This document shows, in pieces, positions 28,713 through 39,171 of a DNA stretch of 64,000 nucleotides (position 1 is the first letter of the stretch; the number at the start of each line of letters is the position of its first letter). This DNA comes from Gemmatimonadota bacterium (GTDB taxonomy: Bacteria > JBHIER01 > G020348925): the NCBI GenBank assembly GCA_020348925.1, contig CP070758.1, positions 124,001 to 188,000 on the forward strand. Reading direction: 5' to 3'. The position numbers and the translations under genes were made by a program. The notes under the pieces were generated by a model. It made no database searches. It was not told the origin of the DNA and was given only the letters and a program-made list of their open reading frames with translations.

Positions 28713-30002
28713 ATGGCTAAAAGAACGCCTTTTCCCGGAGTTTTTTGGGTGGCAAACTCAGTCGAAATTCTCGAACGATTTGCTTACTACGGAATTTATC
28801 TGGGCTTCGGCATTTACATGGAGTACCTCGGTTACACCAAAGCGCAGCTTGGTATTGTGCAGAGTTTATTCTTGTTATTCTCCTATGCTGTTCCGATTAT
28901 ATCCGGCACTTTTGCGGACAGGTTTGGATTCAAGAAAGTACTCATCATCTCTTACTTGGCCTATCTGCCATCCATCTTACTCCTTATTGTCACAAAATCC
29001 TTCTCGGGTATTGCCCTGACTATGTTGAGTATCGCCCTCGCTGCCGGAATCTTCAAACCCCTCATCTCAGGGACGGTTCGAGCTGTTACGGACAAGACTA
29101 ATAAAACGCTCGGTTTCGGAGTTTTCTACGCCATGGTAAACGTCGGTGCATCTTTCGGACCTGTTGTCGCTGGTAAGCTCAGGGCCATATCGTGGAATTA
29201 TGCTTTCTTAGCCGCTGCAATTTCCATCGGCGTTATGTTACTCATCACAATCCTCTTTTATAAAGAGCCCGAAAGAGAAATTGAGGGGGCAACACTCAGC
29301 AAGAAATTCAAGGATCTGGTTATCGCACTATCGGACCTTAAGTTTGCCATCTTTTTAGTATTGCTGGGATTGTTCTTCTGGTTACCTTTATGGGCTTTCT
29401 TCAATGTGCTTGCCATGTATGTTGATCGGAACCTTGATACGGCAAGACTGTACCTGAATGTGAAAAACGTATTCGGGACCGGTATTGCGAACATCGTCTC
29501 CCATGTCGATGAACAGGGAGTGAGGCGGTTACTCGGAGAATCTATCTCGCACACCGGATATATCATCATGATACTTCAGATTTTTGTTTCAAGAATATTT
29601 GAGCGATTTCGAGCTCTGCCTTCATTTTCGTTCGGTCTTTTTGTTGCAGCCCTTGGTTTCATATTCCTTGGGTATGCACATGTTTCCCGTCCTGCATGGG
29701 TATTTGTAGGAATATTATTATTCGCAATAGGTGAAATGATATCATCTCCGCGAATACAGGAGTACATCACATGGATTGCACCGAAAGAGAAAGCCGGTCT
29801 GTATATGGGCTCGAATTTTCTCCCGATGGGTTTGGGTGGTTTTTTAAGTGGTGTTGTCTATACATCGCTTTACGGGCATTTTCGCAGTATGAATCATCCC
29901 GAATATGTGTGGTTTCTTCTTGCTGCAAACACGATTCTGGGAATAATCGCACTTTTCTTATTTACGAAGATGTTGGGAGAATTTCAGGAAATGGAGGAAT
30001 AG
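28713..30002 (+). CDS. MFS transporter (POT/peptide transporter-like)
   Basis: EILERFAYYG (ExxER motif), GTFADRFGFKK, about 12 hydrophobic segments. Confidence 0.88.
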   Translation: MAKRTPFPGVFWVANSVEILERFAYYGIYLGFGIYMEYLGYTKAQLGIVQSLFLLFSYAVPIISGTFADRFGFKKVLIISYLAYLPSILLLIVTKSFSGIALTMLSIALAAGIFKPLISGTVRAVTDKTNKTLGFGVFYAMVNVGASFGPVVAGKLRAISWNYAFLAAAISIGVMLLITILFYKEPEREIEGATLSKKFKDLVIALSDLKFAIFLVLLGLFFWLPLWAFFNVLAMYVDRNLDTARLYLNVKNVFGTGIANIVSHVDEQGVRRLLGESISHTGYIIMILQIFVSRIFERFRALPSFSFGLFVAALGFIFLGYAHVSRPAWVFVGILLFAIGEMISSPRIQEYITWIAPKEKAGLYMGSNFLPMGLGGFLSGVVYTSLYGHFRSMNHPEYVWFLLAANTILGIIALFLFTKMLGEFQEMEE

Positions 30003-30009
30003 TACTTCA

Positions 30010-30145
30010 ACATCTCGGAAATTCTACAATTTTCGAGATGTATCAGGGGGTTTGTGGGAAAGGATGTGCTTTCCCCCAAGGGGTAACAGGATTTCGATGT
30101 GAGCTGGCGCAGCATCGAGATCCGCCATAGGGGCGAAAGCCCCTT
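30010..30145. repeat. Cluster of four hairpins (terminator/REP-like composite)
   Basis: ACATCTCGGAAATT/AATTTTCGAGATGT, GGGAAAG/CTTTCCC, GGATTTCGATG/CATCGAGATCC, AGGGGC-GAAA-GCCCCT. Confidence 0.6.
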
Positions 30146-30234
30146 GGGAACGTTGCGAACGAGGTGAGCTAAGTTCTAGTAAGGTTTGTCACATCTGTAA
30201 CACTCAAGATATACGAAAAAAAGGCAAGGCTGTT

Positions 30235-30846
30235 ATGCTACTTGAACATCAAGGGAAGCGTCCGAAGATACATGAATCCGTTTATATTGCCCCAACAGCA
30301 GTAGTGTGTGGGGATGTCACTATCGGTGAGAACAGTCGTATCCTTTTCGGAGCTGTGATCGTAGCCGAGGGCGGACCCGTAGTTATTGGCTCCCGATGCA
30401 TCATCATGGAGAATGCGGTTATTCGTGCGACTCGTCGACATCCCACCCGCATCGGCTATCATGTATTGATCGGCCCGCGAGCGTATTTAACCGGTTGTAC
30501 TATTGAGGATAATGCATTTCTCGCCACAGGGGCTACGGTATTTAATGAAGCACATATCGGAATGCGAGCCGAAGTGCGTATTAACGGTGTTGTTCATCTC
30601 AAGACAACCATTCCAGAGGATGCTGTCGTGCCGATTGGGTGGATAGCGATTGGTGATCCTGCCGAAATTCTCCCTCCGAAAGAGCATGAAAGAATCTGGA
30701 GTATTCAAGAGCCTTTGAGTTTTCCGCGAACCGTTTTTGGACTGGAGCGGGTTCCAGCCGGAGAATCGATCATGCCCGAACTTACGAACCGCTATACCAG
30801 AGCTTTGGCAAAACATCGAGAGGATCACATCCTGGAGGAAGACTGA
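30235..30846 (+). CDS. Gamma carbonic anhydrase family (hexapeptide-repeat) protein
   Basis: PKIHESVYIAPTAVVCGDVTIGENSRILFGAVI hexapeptide repeats. Confidence 0.85.
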   Translation: MLLEHQGKRPKIHESVYIAPTAVVCGDVTIGENSRILFGAVIVAEGGPVVIGSRCIIMENAVIRATRRHPTRIGYHVLIGPRAYLTGCTIEDNAFLATGATVFNEAHIGMRAEVRINGVVHLKTTIPEDAVVPIGWIAIGDPAEILPPKEHERIWSIQEPLSFPRTVFGLERVPAGESIMPELTNRYTRALAKHREDHILEED

Positions 30847-30937
30847 TTATTGACCGGGAAAAATCTGACGAGCACAACTGCACATGTGCACTCGATCCAG
30901 GAGAGTGAAGTATCGCATAGAAAAAAGGTGATTATGT

Positions 30938-31267
30938 ATGGCATACAATGAACAGATCGAGGCGAGGATCACTAAAATAGTGTCACGGTGGAAAAGCATA
31001 GAGGCTAAAAATATGTTCGGAGGTGTCTGTCATCTGTTGCATGGTATCATGTTTTGTGGAGTCCATAAAAATTTTCTCATTCTTCGTTTGGGTCACCAGC
31101 GTGCTTTCCAGGCACTGAAAGAACCTTATGTGAAATCCTTTGATATTACCGGGAAACCGATGAAAGGATGGGTTATGGTTGAAGAAAAGGGTTTCAAAAG
31201 CGACGAAAAACTGAGAGAATGGCTGCATCAAGCGCGAGATTTTGTAAGAGCGTTACCGTCAAAGTGA
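30938..31267 (+). CDS. TfoX/Sxy N-terminal domain protein
   Basis: KNMFGGVCHLLHGIMFCGV...FDITGKPMKGWVMV. Confidence 0.85.
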   Translation: MAYNEQIEARITKIVSRWKSIEAKNMFGGVCHLLHGIMFCGVHKNFLILRLGHQRAFQALKEPYVKSFDITGKPMKGWVMVEEKGFKSDEKLREWLHQARDFVRALPSK

Positions 31268-31340
31268 GCTGTGTCACTCCCCATGTTTCTCACGAGGCGG
31301 GATTACGGTCAAAAAAATTTCACAGAAGGTGACATGGAAT

Positions 31341-32078
31341 ATGACAGAAGATCCTTTCAGGGAATTCGCAGCGTATTATGACAGAATGATTCAGGAAGAG
31401 CCGGATCGAGTCGAATTTTTCCGGACCTTGTTTAGAAAGCATGGCGTGAAATCAGTGCTTGATTGTGCCTGTGGTACAGGGAATGATTTGATTATGGTGC
31501 ATAATTTCGGTCTGCAGGTTTGCGGTTCCGATATTTCGAAAGCGATGCTTGCTCAAGCTCGCAAGACGCTGACCAAACATCAGATCGAAATCCCCCTCAA
31601 GCACTTGGATTTCCGTGAATTGCCGCAACACTATGATCAACGTTTTGAAGCAGTTCTTTGCCTGACGACTTCACTGCCTCAGCTTCTGGAGGAAAGGGAG
31701 ATTGGAAAGGCTCTGAAAAGTATGCGTGAGGTCTTAAAGCCGAAAGGTATACTCGTTTTGACACAAGGTTTGACTGATGTTCAGTTAAAGACACACGTAC
31801 GATTTGCACCCGCCGTAAATACCCCTGAGTTTTCTCGGATCATGGTAGTGGACTACTACCATGAGGAGTATGAGGTGAACGTTCTCGATCTGGGTCACAC
31901 GCAGGATAATGATGAGTTCGACGTATACGGCGTTCGCTATCGAATCCTCCTTCGAGACGATTACGAGCGGCTTCTCCGGAAAACTGGATACAGCAGAATT
32001 GAATTTTACGGGGATTGGAATTTCAAACGGTACGACAAGGAAGAGAGCGAACTTCTTATTGTAGTGGCTCACAGGTGA
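31341..32078 (+). CDS. Class I SAM-dependent methyltransferase
   Basis: VLDCACGTG, GSDISKAML, LKPKGILV. Confidence 0.88.
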   Translation: MTEDPFREFAAYYDRMIQEEPDRVEFFRTLFRKHGVKSVLDCACGTGNDLIMVHNFGLQVCGSDISKAMLAQARKTLTKHQIEIPLKHLDFRELPQHYDQRFEAVLCLTTSLPQLLEEREIGKALKSMREVLKPKGILVLTQGLTDVQLKTHVRFAPAVNTPEFSRIMVVDYYHEEYEVNVLDLGHTQDNDEFDVYGVRYRILLRDDYERLLRKTGYSRIEFYGDWNFKRYDKEESELLIVVAHR

Positions 32079-32221
32079 GGTCAAGGTTGACTATATGAAG
32101 ATGATTTCTTGGCAGGCATAATTCTCCCTCTGTACAGCCATGAGCTACGGTATATGTTATCCGAATCATTGTGCTTTACTAAGCATTTAGATTACCCTTT
32201 GTCACTTCAAGATTCCATTCT

Positions 32222-32749
32222 TCACAATTCCCTGTGATCACATTTTTGAGCTCGCGCATCACCTTTATCTTTTCGACAAATTATTGGCAACCATTTTCCC
32301 GTTCGTCTCTTATAATGTGTGTACTCCTCTTTAAATCTTGCTTCGAGTAGCTTTTCCTCGTAGCTGGCAATGAAATTGTAGAATACGATTATTATTACGA
32401 GCACAAAGAGAGAGAGAAGCGATGCTGTAAAGACCGTGAGACCGAAGTAAAACAAAATACATGCTAAATATAAAGGATGCCGTACATACCGGAAGACACC
32501 GGACGAAAGCACGCCGATTGGAGGTTCTTCAGGATTGAGAACGACATGTCCGGTTCTGAAGAGGAATATAGCCGTGATGAGTGAAGAACACAGGATAACA
32601 AAACGGATGAAAAGAGGCACGTACTGCGAGGCGAATGTTGATGCCTGAAGAAGGAAAGAATCCATTACCCAGAGAAAAAGAAATACGACAAGTAATATCA
32701 GTTGTCCGGCATCACCGAAAGGGTGCTCACCACTTTTGTCTTTCATCAT
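32222..32749 (-). CDS. Isoprenylcysteine carboxyl methyltransferase family protein
   Basis: GVFRYVRHPLY, EEKLLEARFKEEYTHYKRRT. Confidence 0.85.
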   Translation of the reverse strand: MMKDKSGEHPFGDAGQLILLVVFLFLWVMDSFLLQASTFASQYVPLFIRFVILCSSLITAIFLFRTGHVVLNPEEPPIGVLSSGVFRYVRHPLYLACILFYFGLTVFTASLLSLFVLVIIIVFYNFIASYEEKLLEARFKEEYTHYKRRTGKWLPIICRKDKGDARAQKCDHREL

Positions 32750-33136
32750 TCACACGTTCCTGCCGGCCATCAGACTTACGTGATATGAAGAGCGCAGGAA
32801 AGAGCCATTCGAAGTCCCCGAAGATTGAATATTTTAACCGCCTTTCCTTCGATCTCTATTTCTTTTAATGATAGTACCCTCAATAGTGTCATTCGTAAGA
32901 CCATTGTACCGGATGTTTCATTTTGAACGGAGCCCGTTCGGCTCGCTCTGGTACCCATGATCACTCCGAAGGAGGCAGGATTGAGTCGAGGCAACGGTCA
33001 ATGCGTCTGTCTTTGTTTTCTATTGTATGCTCAGGACAGGTCCTGCGAAGAGTGACATCTCATCTAAAATTCTTCACCCGCTACATCGGACTGAGAAGTA
33101 ACATTGAAGGTATAATGTGTGCAAAGAATCGCGCAG

Positions 33137-33616
33137 TTAGGAATGAATGATATTTACAATGCGCCATTCTTGTTCAATCTTCAACATGTGAAGAAAATCG
33201 ATGACTCGTCGTTTTGAGTCTACGATGAATACTATCTTTACCTGTGCTGCGGATCCTATCTGATCAATCTCCACTATACTGTAATCGAGTTTTTGAAAAG
33301 GCGGATTCTTCGGATCAAATCGCTTGGACCACTTTTCGAGCGTCGTTTGATGAAATTGTCCGTCTCTCCCAGCGCTCATGGTCTTTGCTTCCGGAACACA
33401 GATGGTTCGTATGAGATCGAAATTGCGATTTTGCAAGCCCTTGACATACAATTCTTCGACAATTTTCTCGATCACAAATTCCTCCGCGAGATGACTTTGA
33501 TTCTCTTCCCCTATCGAATGAGCTGAAACTGATCCAGTGTTAATGAATTGATTTGAAGCGCCCATTACAAGAATGAGAATGAAAGTGTTCAAACAAGTGA
33601 AACCCGGTAATTTCAT
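33137..33616 (-). CDS. NTF2-like (putative lumazine-binding family) protein with N-terminal signal
   Basis: AAQVKI...IDFLHMLKIEQEWRIVN; RBS GGAGGTGA. Confidence 0.7.
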   Translation of the reverse strand: MKLPGFTCLNTFILILVMGASNQFINTGSVSAHSIGEENQSHLAEEFVIEKIVEELYVKGLQNRNFDLIRTICVPEAKTMSAGRDGQFHQTTLEKWSKRFDPKNPPFQKLDYSIVEIDQIGSAAQVKIVFIVDSKRRVIDFLHMLKIEQEWRIVNIIHS

Positions 33617-33816
33617 AATATCACCTCCCAATGCGATTCTTGTTATTGATTCCTGGACACATTCATTCACAAACCACGAGGATGCAGAGCATGCGGAGGC
33701 GTTTGTGAATCTTATGTTTCAGTACGTGATCTGAGGCACATGTTGTTTTAACGTTTCATTACGATATGCGTTGTGTTCATCTCTATCATGCCGATTGCAT
33801 GCGTGCGTGTCCACAT

Positions 33817-34803
33817 CTATGGCCAAGCTGACTCGTAGGCTGCGATAATTGTGTCCATCATTCGGTTTAATTCTTCATCCACCACCTGACGGGACGGATC
33901 AGCATCATACCAGGTCATGATTTCCTCAGCACCAAGACTAAAGGGGATAGTTGCCACATAGTCCGGTACGATGCGCTTTATTTTGGTGTTGTCAAAGACC
34001 ATGCTGTGGGCTTTGTCACCCAACAGGTTTGCACCCCATTCTGGATCAAAGGCCGCAATAAACTTCGACGGTATATGAACACTATTGGCCTCTGTGCCTG
34101 CAGCCCGTGCCACGATATCGAGTATATGGTTCCAGGTCAGCGCCTCATCCGAGGTGATGTGAAAGACCTCGCCAAGCGCATGATTGTTGCCCAGCAACCC
34201 GACGAACCCCTTGGCGAAATCGCGATGGTGAGTCAGAACCCACAAAGAGGTGCCATCACCGTGGACGATGACCTTCTTCCCTTTGCGCAGGCGGTCCACG
34301 ACAGTGTATTTACCATACAGAGGCAACGAGGTGCGGTCGTAGGTGTGTGAAGGACGGACAATGGTGATGGGAAATTTTCCCCGGCGATATGCTTGCATCA
34401 GTCTCTCTTCACATGCAATTTTGTCTTGTGAATATGTCCAGTAGGGATTGTATAACGGAGTGGACTCGGTGACTGGCAGGTTCAGTGGTGGTGTCTGGTA
34501 GGCCGAAGCGGAACTGATGAAGATATACTGGTGAGTACGGTCCCGGAAAAGTTCGAGATCCGTCTCGATGTGCTCAGGTGTGAAAGCGATCCAATTGACC
34601 ACTGCATCGAATGTCATTTCTCCCAGCGCTCTTTTGGCTGAGTTTTTATCGCGAATATCACACTGTAAAAGGTGAGCCGCATCCGGCACTGGTCGACGTG
34701 TCTTACCACGATTCAACAGGAAAATATCGATACCGCGATCTACGGCCAGTTGAGTGCAGGCAGAGCTGATTATCCCTGTACCGCCGATGAAGAGAATCCT
34801 CAT
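33817..34803 (-). CDS. NAD-dependent epimerase/dehydratase (extended SDR)
   Basis: ILFIGGTGIISS, FISSASAY, YSQDK, IVRPSHTY. Confidence 0.9.
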   Translation of the reverse strand: MRILFIGGTGIISSACTQLAVDRGIDIFLLNRGKTRRPVPDAAHLLQCDIRDKNSAKRALGEMTFDAVVNWIAFTPEHIETDLELFRDRTHQYIFISSASAYQTPPLNLPVTESTPLYNPYWTYSQDKIACEERLMQAYRRGKFPITIVRPSHTYDRTSLPLYGKYTVVDRLRKGKKVIVHGDGTSLWVLTHHRDFAKGFVGLLGNNHALGEVFHITSDEALTWNHILDIVARAAGTEANSVHIPSKFIAAFDPEWGANLLGDKAHSMVFDNTKIKRIVPDYVATIPFSLGAEEIMTWYDADPSRQVVDEELNRMMDTIIAAYESAWP

Positions 34804-34863
34804 GAGGATTTCTCACTTGAGAGAGGAATAACGTTGAGAAAAGGGGACGGTCCCCATTTTGTG

Positions 34864-36036
34864 CTAAAGCATCTCTGAAACATCCGGATATTTAAGTCCT
34901 GTGCCGGTATTAAAAAGCACAACTCGCTCCTCCGATGAAATCCACCCTTCCTTTCGTAAGATCTCAAGGGCTGCAAGGGTGGCGCCTCCTTCCGGGCAGG
35001 CGAAGATCCCTTCAAGACTGGACATGCGCATTTGAGCTTCGACCAACGCTCTATCGGAAACTGCGAGAGCTGTACCGTTGCTTTCACGAAGAATTCGGAG
35101 TATTAAAAAATCTCCCAAGGCTAAGGGCACGCGGAGACCAGCTGCGACAGTGCGGGCATTTTCCCAGGGTTCCGCATATTCTTCCCCGGCATGAAATGCA
35201 CGGGGAATAGGAGCACACCCTTCGGCTTGCACAGCGACCATACGGGGCCGGTGAGAGTCAATCCAACTCAACTGCTCAAGTTCATGAAATGCTTTCCACA
35301 TACCGATAAGCCCTGTGCCTCCCCCTGTAGGATAAATGATCACATCAGGAAGTTGCCAATTGAGCTGTTCGGCCAATTCATATCCCATCGTCTTTTTGCC
35401 TTCTATGCGATAGGGTTCCTTGAGTGTCGACAGTGAAAACCAGTTGTTCTGCTCGGCTTTTTCCTTCGCCTCAAGACCGCAATCCGTAATATTACCGTCC
35501 ACAAGTGTGACAGACGCACCAAGAGCTCGGCACTCCTGCAGAAAGGAGGACGGTACATCCTTCGGCATGAAAACGTGAGCTTTCATTCCAGCTCTGGCGG
35601 CATATGCGGACATGGCTCCCGCAGCATTGCCTGCTGAAGGTATAATGATCTCCATGACTCCCAGTTCCAAGGCTCGAGCGATAGCCACACACAGCCCTCT
35701 CGCTTTAAAGGAACCCGTGGGATTAAGACCTTCGTCTTTAATGAAAATATGTGGCATTTCCAGAGTTTTACAAAGCCGTTGTGCATGGAGAAGAGGTGTA
35801 TATCCTTCACCCAATCGGATTGCCATGTTTGCATCTCGTAGTGGAAGTACTTCACGATAACGCCACATATCCGGCTCTCGGGTTTGAAGCGACTCACGAT
35901 CCCACGTTTTCTTCACAGCTTCAAAATCGTACCGGACCAGGAGCGGGCGCTGGCAATCAGGGCAGAGAGTATGGAGCTCATCAGCATCGTAATGTCTACC
36001 GCAGAGCGAGCATTCCAAATGTGTCATATTACTCAT
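34864..36036 (-). CDS. thrC: Threonine synthase (PLP-dependent)
   Basis: Zn ribbon, LGEGYTPL, KDEGLNPTGSFKARG, SAGNA, PTGGGTG. Confidence 0.85.
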   Translation of the reverse strand: MSNMTHLECSLCGRHYDADELHTLCPDCQRPLLVRYDFEAVKKTWDRESLQTREPDMWRYREVLPLRDANMAIRLGEGYTPLLHAQRLCKTLEMPHIFIKDEGLNPTGSFKARGLCVAIARALELGVMEIIIPSAGNAAGAMSAYAARAGMKAHVFMPKDVPSSFLQECRALGASVTLVDGNITDCGLEAKEKAEQNNWFSLSTLKEPYRIEGKKTMGYELAEQLNWQLPDVIIYPTGGGTGLIGMWKAFHELEQLSWIDSHRPRMVAVQAEGCAPIPRAFHAGEEYAEPWENARTVAAGLRVPLALGDFLILRILRESNGTALAVSDRALVEAQMRMSSLEGIFACPEGGATLAALEILRKEGWISSEERVVLFNTGTGLKYPDVSEML

Positions 36037-36062
36037 TCAGGAATTCCTTTGAACCGGGACAA

Positions 36063-36092
36063 GTCCCCCTTTTCCAAAGGGGGGATTTAGGG
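36063..36092. repeat. REP-like palindrome (CCCCCTTT..AAAGGGGG family)
   Basis: GTCCCCCTTTTCCAAAGGGGGATTTAGGG; same family as 10592 and 10700. Confidence 0.5.
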
Positions 36093-36134
36093 AAATTTAT
36101 AATCTACAATGTTGTGGCATCTTTTCAACGAAAT

Positions 36135-36482
36135 TTATCCTCGTTTTGACCAGAAATCGAATGACCGCCCCGGGACGAAGATATCGATGCCGGATGACGG
36201 CTGGTCTAACGGATTTGTGACGACATGCGGTTCGCCGCCGGGTATATATGCCGCATCACCCTCGGCAAGTTCTTGCTCCCCGTCAACGTCCGTCATAATT
36301 TTAAGCTTGCCGTCGAGGACAACAAGGATCTGTGCGTTTGGATGCTCGTGGCGAGGCGAAGCATGTTTCGGAGGTTTCACAAAGTGCTCGACGGATATGT
36401 CTTCCTTGCTGCAAAGACTCACTCGCTTCCAGTCCTTCTCCGGCTCATAACTCTCGGCTTCATGAAAATGGGTAACGATCAT
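36135..36482 (-). CDS. Cupin domain protein
   Basis: PRHEHPNAQILVVLDG...GDAAYIPGGEPH. Confidence 0.88.
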   Translation of the reverse strand: MIVTHFHEAESYEPEKDWKRVSLCSKEDISVEHFVKPPKHASPRHEHPNAQILVVLDGKLKIMTDVDGEQELAEGDAAYIPGGEPHVVTNPLDQPSSGIDIFVPGRSFDFWSKRG

Positions 36483-36723
36483 ACGTTTGTCTCCAAGATC
36501 AAGGTTCATTGGTAATTGAATTACAAAGTACATACTGTATCATTCTGCTTAATTTAATATTTTTTCCTCGAAAACCATGGGAAAAATCGCTGGAGAGTTA
36601 AAGTGTGGTTGTACTTCATCCAAAAATATAATATAAATATGAGTACTTCGAAAGACCAAGAACAGTGGTGAGAGGATCAAGATCCGGAATTTGCCCCTGA
36701 TACCCAAGGATTTTAAGTTTTGT

Positions 36724-36751
36724 TTGACAAAGGGGAAATCTGTATTACATT
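36724..36751 (+). promoter_or_regulatory. Putative sigma70 promoter of the ypdA-like gene
   Basis: TTGACA-N16-TACATT. Confidence 0.45.
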
Positions 36752-36867
36752 TTATGAGCTCGAAATAAGAAATGGCAATTTCTCGATGCCGTTTATATGG
36801 AGTTGTATTAAGTAATGAAGTGGGGAATGTGCCGTGTGGGAGATTTAAAAGGGAAGGGTTCTTTCAA

Positions 36868-37848
36868 ATGAGAAATGAACATCCAAAGTATGATGTACTC
36901 ATCGTCGGGGGAGGTCCGATTGGGCTCGCCTGTGGAATAGAAGCTCAAAAAAGATGCCTGTCTCACATCATCGTTGAAAAAGGCTGTCTGGTGAATTCAA
37001 TTTTTCATTACCCGACGAACATGACGTTCTTTTCCACTTCCGACAGGCTGGAAATAGGGGAGGTCCCGTTTATCTCGCATGGGGACAAGCCGACCCGGCG
37101 CGAGGCATTGGAGTATTACCGGCGAGTGACAGGTTCCTGGAAATTGAATATTAGAACATACGAGCGAGTCATCGATGTAAAGGGGGAGGTCGGAAATTTT
37201 GAGGTCGTCTCTGAAAAAGGCGGATATTTCTCCAAGGCTGTAATTGTTGCCACCGGGTATTACGATCGTCCCAACCTGCTCAATATTCCGGGTGAAGAAT
37301 TATCGAAAGTCCGGCACTATTATGACGAACCGCATCCCTATGCGTATCGAAAGGTTGCCGTTGTCGGGGCGTCCAATTCGGCAGTGGATGTTGCCCTGGA
37401 ATTGTATCGTGTCGGGGCTGAGGTTACATTGATTGTTCGGGAATCGAAACTGTGGGAGGGGATAAAATATTGGGTGAAACCGGACATTGAAAACCGTATC
37501 AAAGAAGGGTCGATAAAAGCATATTTTGATTCGAATGTAACTCGCATTTCTGAAAGTGAAATCGAAGTGAAAACAACTGACGGAACAGTTACGTTGGAAA
37601 ACGATTATGTCATGGCGATGACCGGATACCACGCCGATTTTGATTTTTTGTCGCGTATCGGAATTCATTTAGCCGATGATGGATATTTCACACCAGCGTG
37701 TGATTTGGAAACCTTTGAAAGCAACAGGAGTGGAATTTTTCTGGCCGGGGTTGTTTGTGGGGGAATGGAGACTTCCAAATTATTCATAGAGAATTCTCGA
37801 GAGCATGCCGTAAAAATCTTCGACTATATTGATATCATTTTGAAGTGA
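36868..37848 (+). CDS. ypdA: YpdA family putative bacillithiol disulfide reductase
   Basis: GGGPIGLAC, EKGCLVNS...YPTNMTFFST..LEIG, KPTRREALEYYR, KYWVKPDIENRI, FIENSREH. Confidence 0.88.
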   Translation: MRNEHPKYDVLIVGGGPIGLACGIEAQKRCLSHIIVEKGCLVNSIFHYPTNMTFFSTSDRLEIGEVPFISHGDKPTRREALEYYRRVTGSWKLNIRTYERVIDVKGEVGNFEVVSEKGGYFSKAVIVATGYYDRPNLLNIPGEELSKVRHYYDEPHPYAYRKVAVVGASNSAVDVALELYRVGAEVTLIVRESKLWEGIKYWVKPDIENRIKEGSIKAYFDSNVTRISESEIEVKTTDGTVTLENDYVMAMTGYHADFDFLSRIGIHLADDGYFTPACDLETFESNRSGIFLAGVVCGGMETSKLFIENSREHAVKIFDYIDIILK

Positions 37849-37864
37849 GAGATATGAATTAAAT

Positions 37865-38323
37865 TTACTTCTGGGCGGTTGATGTATGATCATGAACGAT
37901 ACGCCAGCCATCGTTCGTTTGTTGAAATATCAGCGTGAACAGTCCCCACGGATGTTCGTTTTCTTTCTGCAGCTCCCATTTTCCAAAAACGAGAGCCGCA
38001 TCTCCCGAAATGACAGAAACATCGATATTCGAAAATTGTAACGTTCCCATCGTCTCCTTATTTGGATACCCGTTTTTATAACGCTCCAGTGTATTTTCCC
38101 ATCCATAGGAAACCTTCCCGCCTGAGGCAAACCGTAATGAATCGGAGCGGTCATATCCGGCCATGTATTGTTCGATATCACCATCATTCCAATATCTCAT
38201 CTGCTCATTGAGAACGGCCATGATCTTCTTTTCAATGTTTTCTTTGTCTATCGTGGTCTTTTGTTGGCATGAAAAAAAGAGGAGGACTAATAGTAAAGCT
38301 GAGAGTGTATAGAATAATTTCAT
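37865..38323 (-). CDS. DUF4440/NTF2-like lipoprotein
   Basis: Lipobox-like FFSC; WNDGDIEQYMAGY...GLFTLIF..GWRIVHDHTS. Confidence 0.82.
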   Translation of the reverse strand: MKLFYTLSALLLVLLFFSCQQKTTIDKENIEKKIMAVLNEQMRYWNDGDIEQYMAGYDRSDSLRFASGGKVSYGWENTLERYKNGYPNKETMGTLQFSNIDVSVISGDAALVFGKWELQKENEHPWGLFTLIFQQTNDGWRIVHDHTSTAQK

Positions 38324-38412
38324 AGGTTTTTATCCATGAATATTTCAGGTGCATCATCCATAATGACCTACATAAAGCAAATCCAGATTTTAAAGTATGC
38401 GACACTCAAAGT

Positions 38413-39108
38413 TTAAGTACTTGTCGTCGCAGCCGCGATGGCGGGTATGATACAGGCCACAGTGACGGCTGCCTGCATGGCCTCTATAGCCTCTTTTGCG
38501 GCTTTGCCCGTCATCTCACCATTAATGACCTGTTTGATCCGCGCTTTGCGACGCTTCAATTCCTTCTTATCGAAGGCATTCTTCAGGAGACCGGCATTGT
38601 GCGCCAGGGAAAGGAGAACGGCTGTTCGTGGATCGACATCCTCGGTGTCAGAAAAGATTGCCTCACGCAGCCGGTCAATTACCCTTTTTTCAGGTCCCGG
38701 ATCGACTTCAGGATAGATCTTTCTGGTGAAGATCAAAAGAACCTTATCCTCGTCGGTCCGGAGAATACCGCGCTTGCACAACTGCTCAGCCAAACGATGT
38801 TTCAGGTTCTTCACACCGGCGAACCGAGAGATCCATGTCTGAAGCGAGGCACGTCGTTTTGCGCGACCGATCTTTCCCAGGCAATCATCAAGTAAAGGTT
38901 CGCCGATCAGTGTGGAATCGACAAGGTTGACGAGTTTTTTCTTCTTCGATTCATCGACACCGATGCGGTTATTCAACAACAGCTCCGCCACAATAGCACC
39001 GCTCACAGCATATTGGTACATACTGCCCGAGGCAATAGTACCTTCCTCGTCCCGCAGAGCCAAGAGAATAATTTCTTCGTGTAAAAAGAGCGTGTTCTGA
39101 GTCGCCAT
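38413..39108 (-). CDS. GPP34/GOLPH3 (Vps74) family protein
   Basis: LFLHEEIILLALRDEEG, GAIVAELLL, LCKRGIL..KVLLIF..YP, DPRTAVLLSL. Confidence 0.85.
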   Translation of the reverse strand: MATQNTLFLHEEIILLALRDEEGTIASGSMYQYAVSGAIVAELLLNNRIGVDESKKKKLVNLVDSTLIGEPLLDDCLGKIGRAKRRASLQTWISRFAGVKNLKHRLAEQLCKRGILRTDEDKVLLIFTRKIYPEVDPGPEKRVIDRLREAIFSDTEDVDPRTAVLLSLAHNAGLLKNAFDKKELKRRKARIKQVINGEMTGKAAKEAIEAMQAAVTVACIIPAIAAATTST

Positions 39109-39171
39109 CTTGAAGGCCTCCTGCCGATGATAAGGGAACAGTTCCCTTTTTGTTCTTGAGAAATTTCGTAG

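Noticed and set aside
36058-36072. CAAGTCCCCC match to the tRNA-Leu 3' end as an attR
   Set aside because: Only about 10 bp, part of a REP palindrome, on a different contig, and no integrase is present
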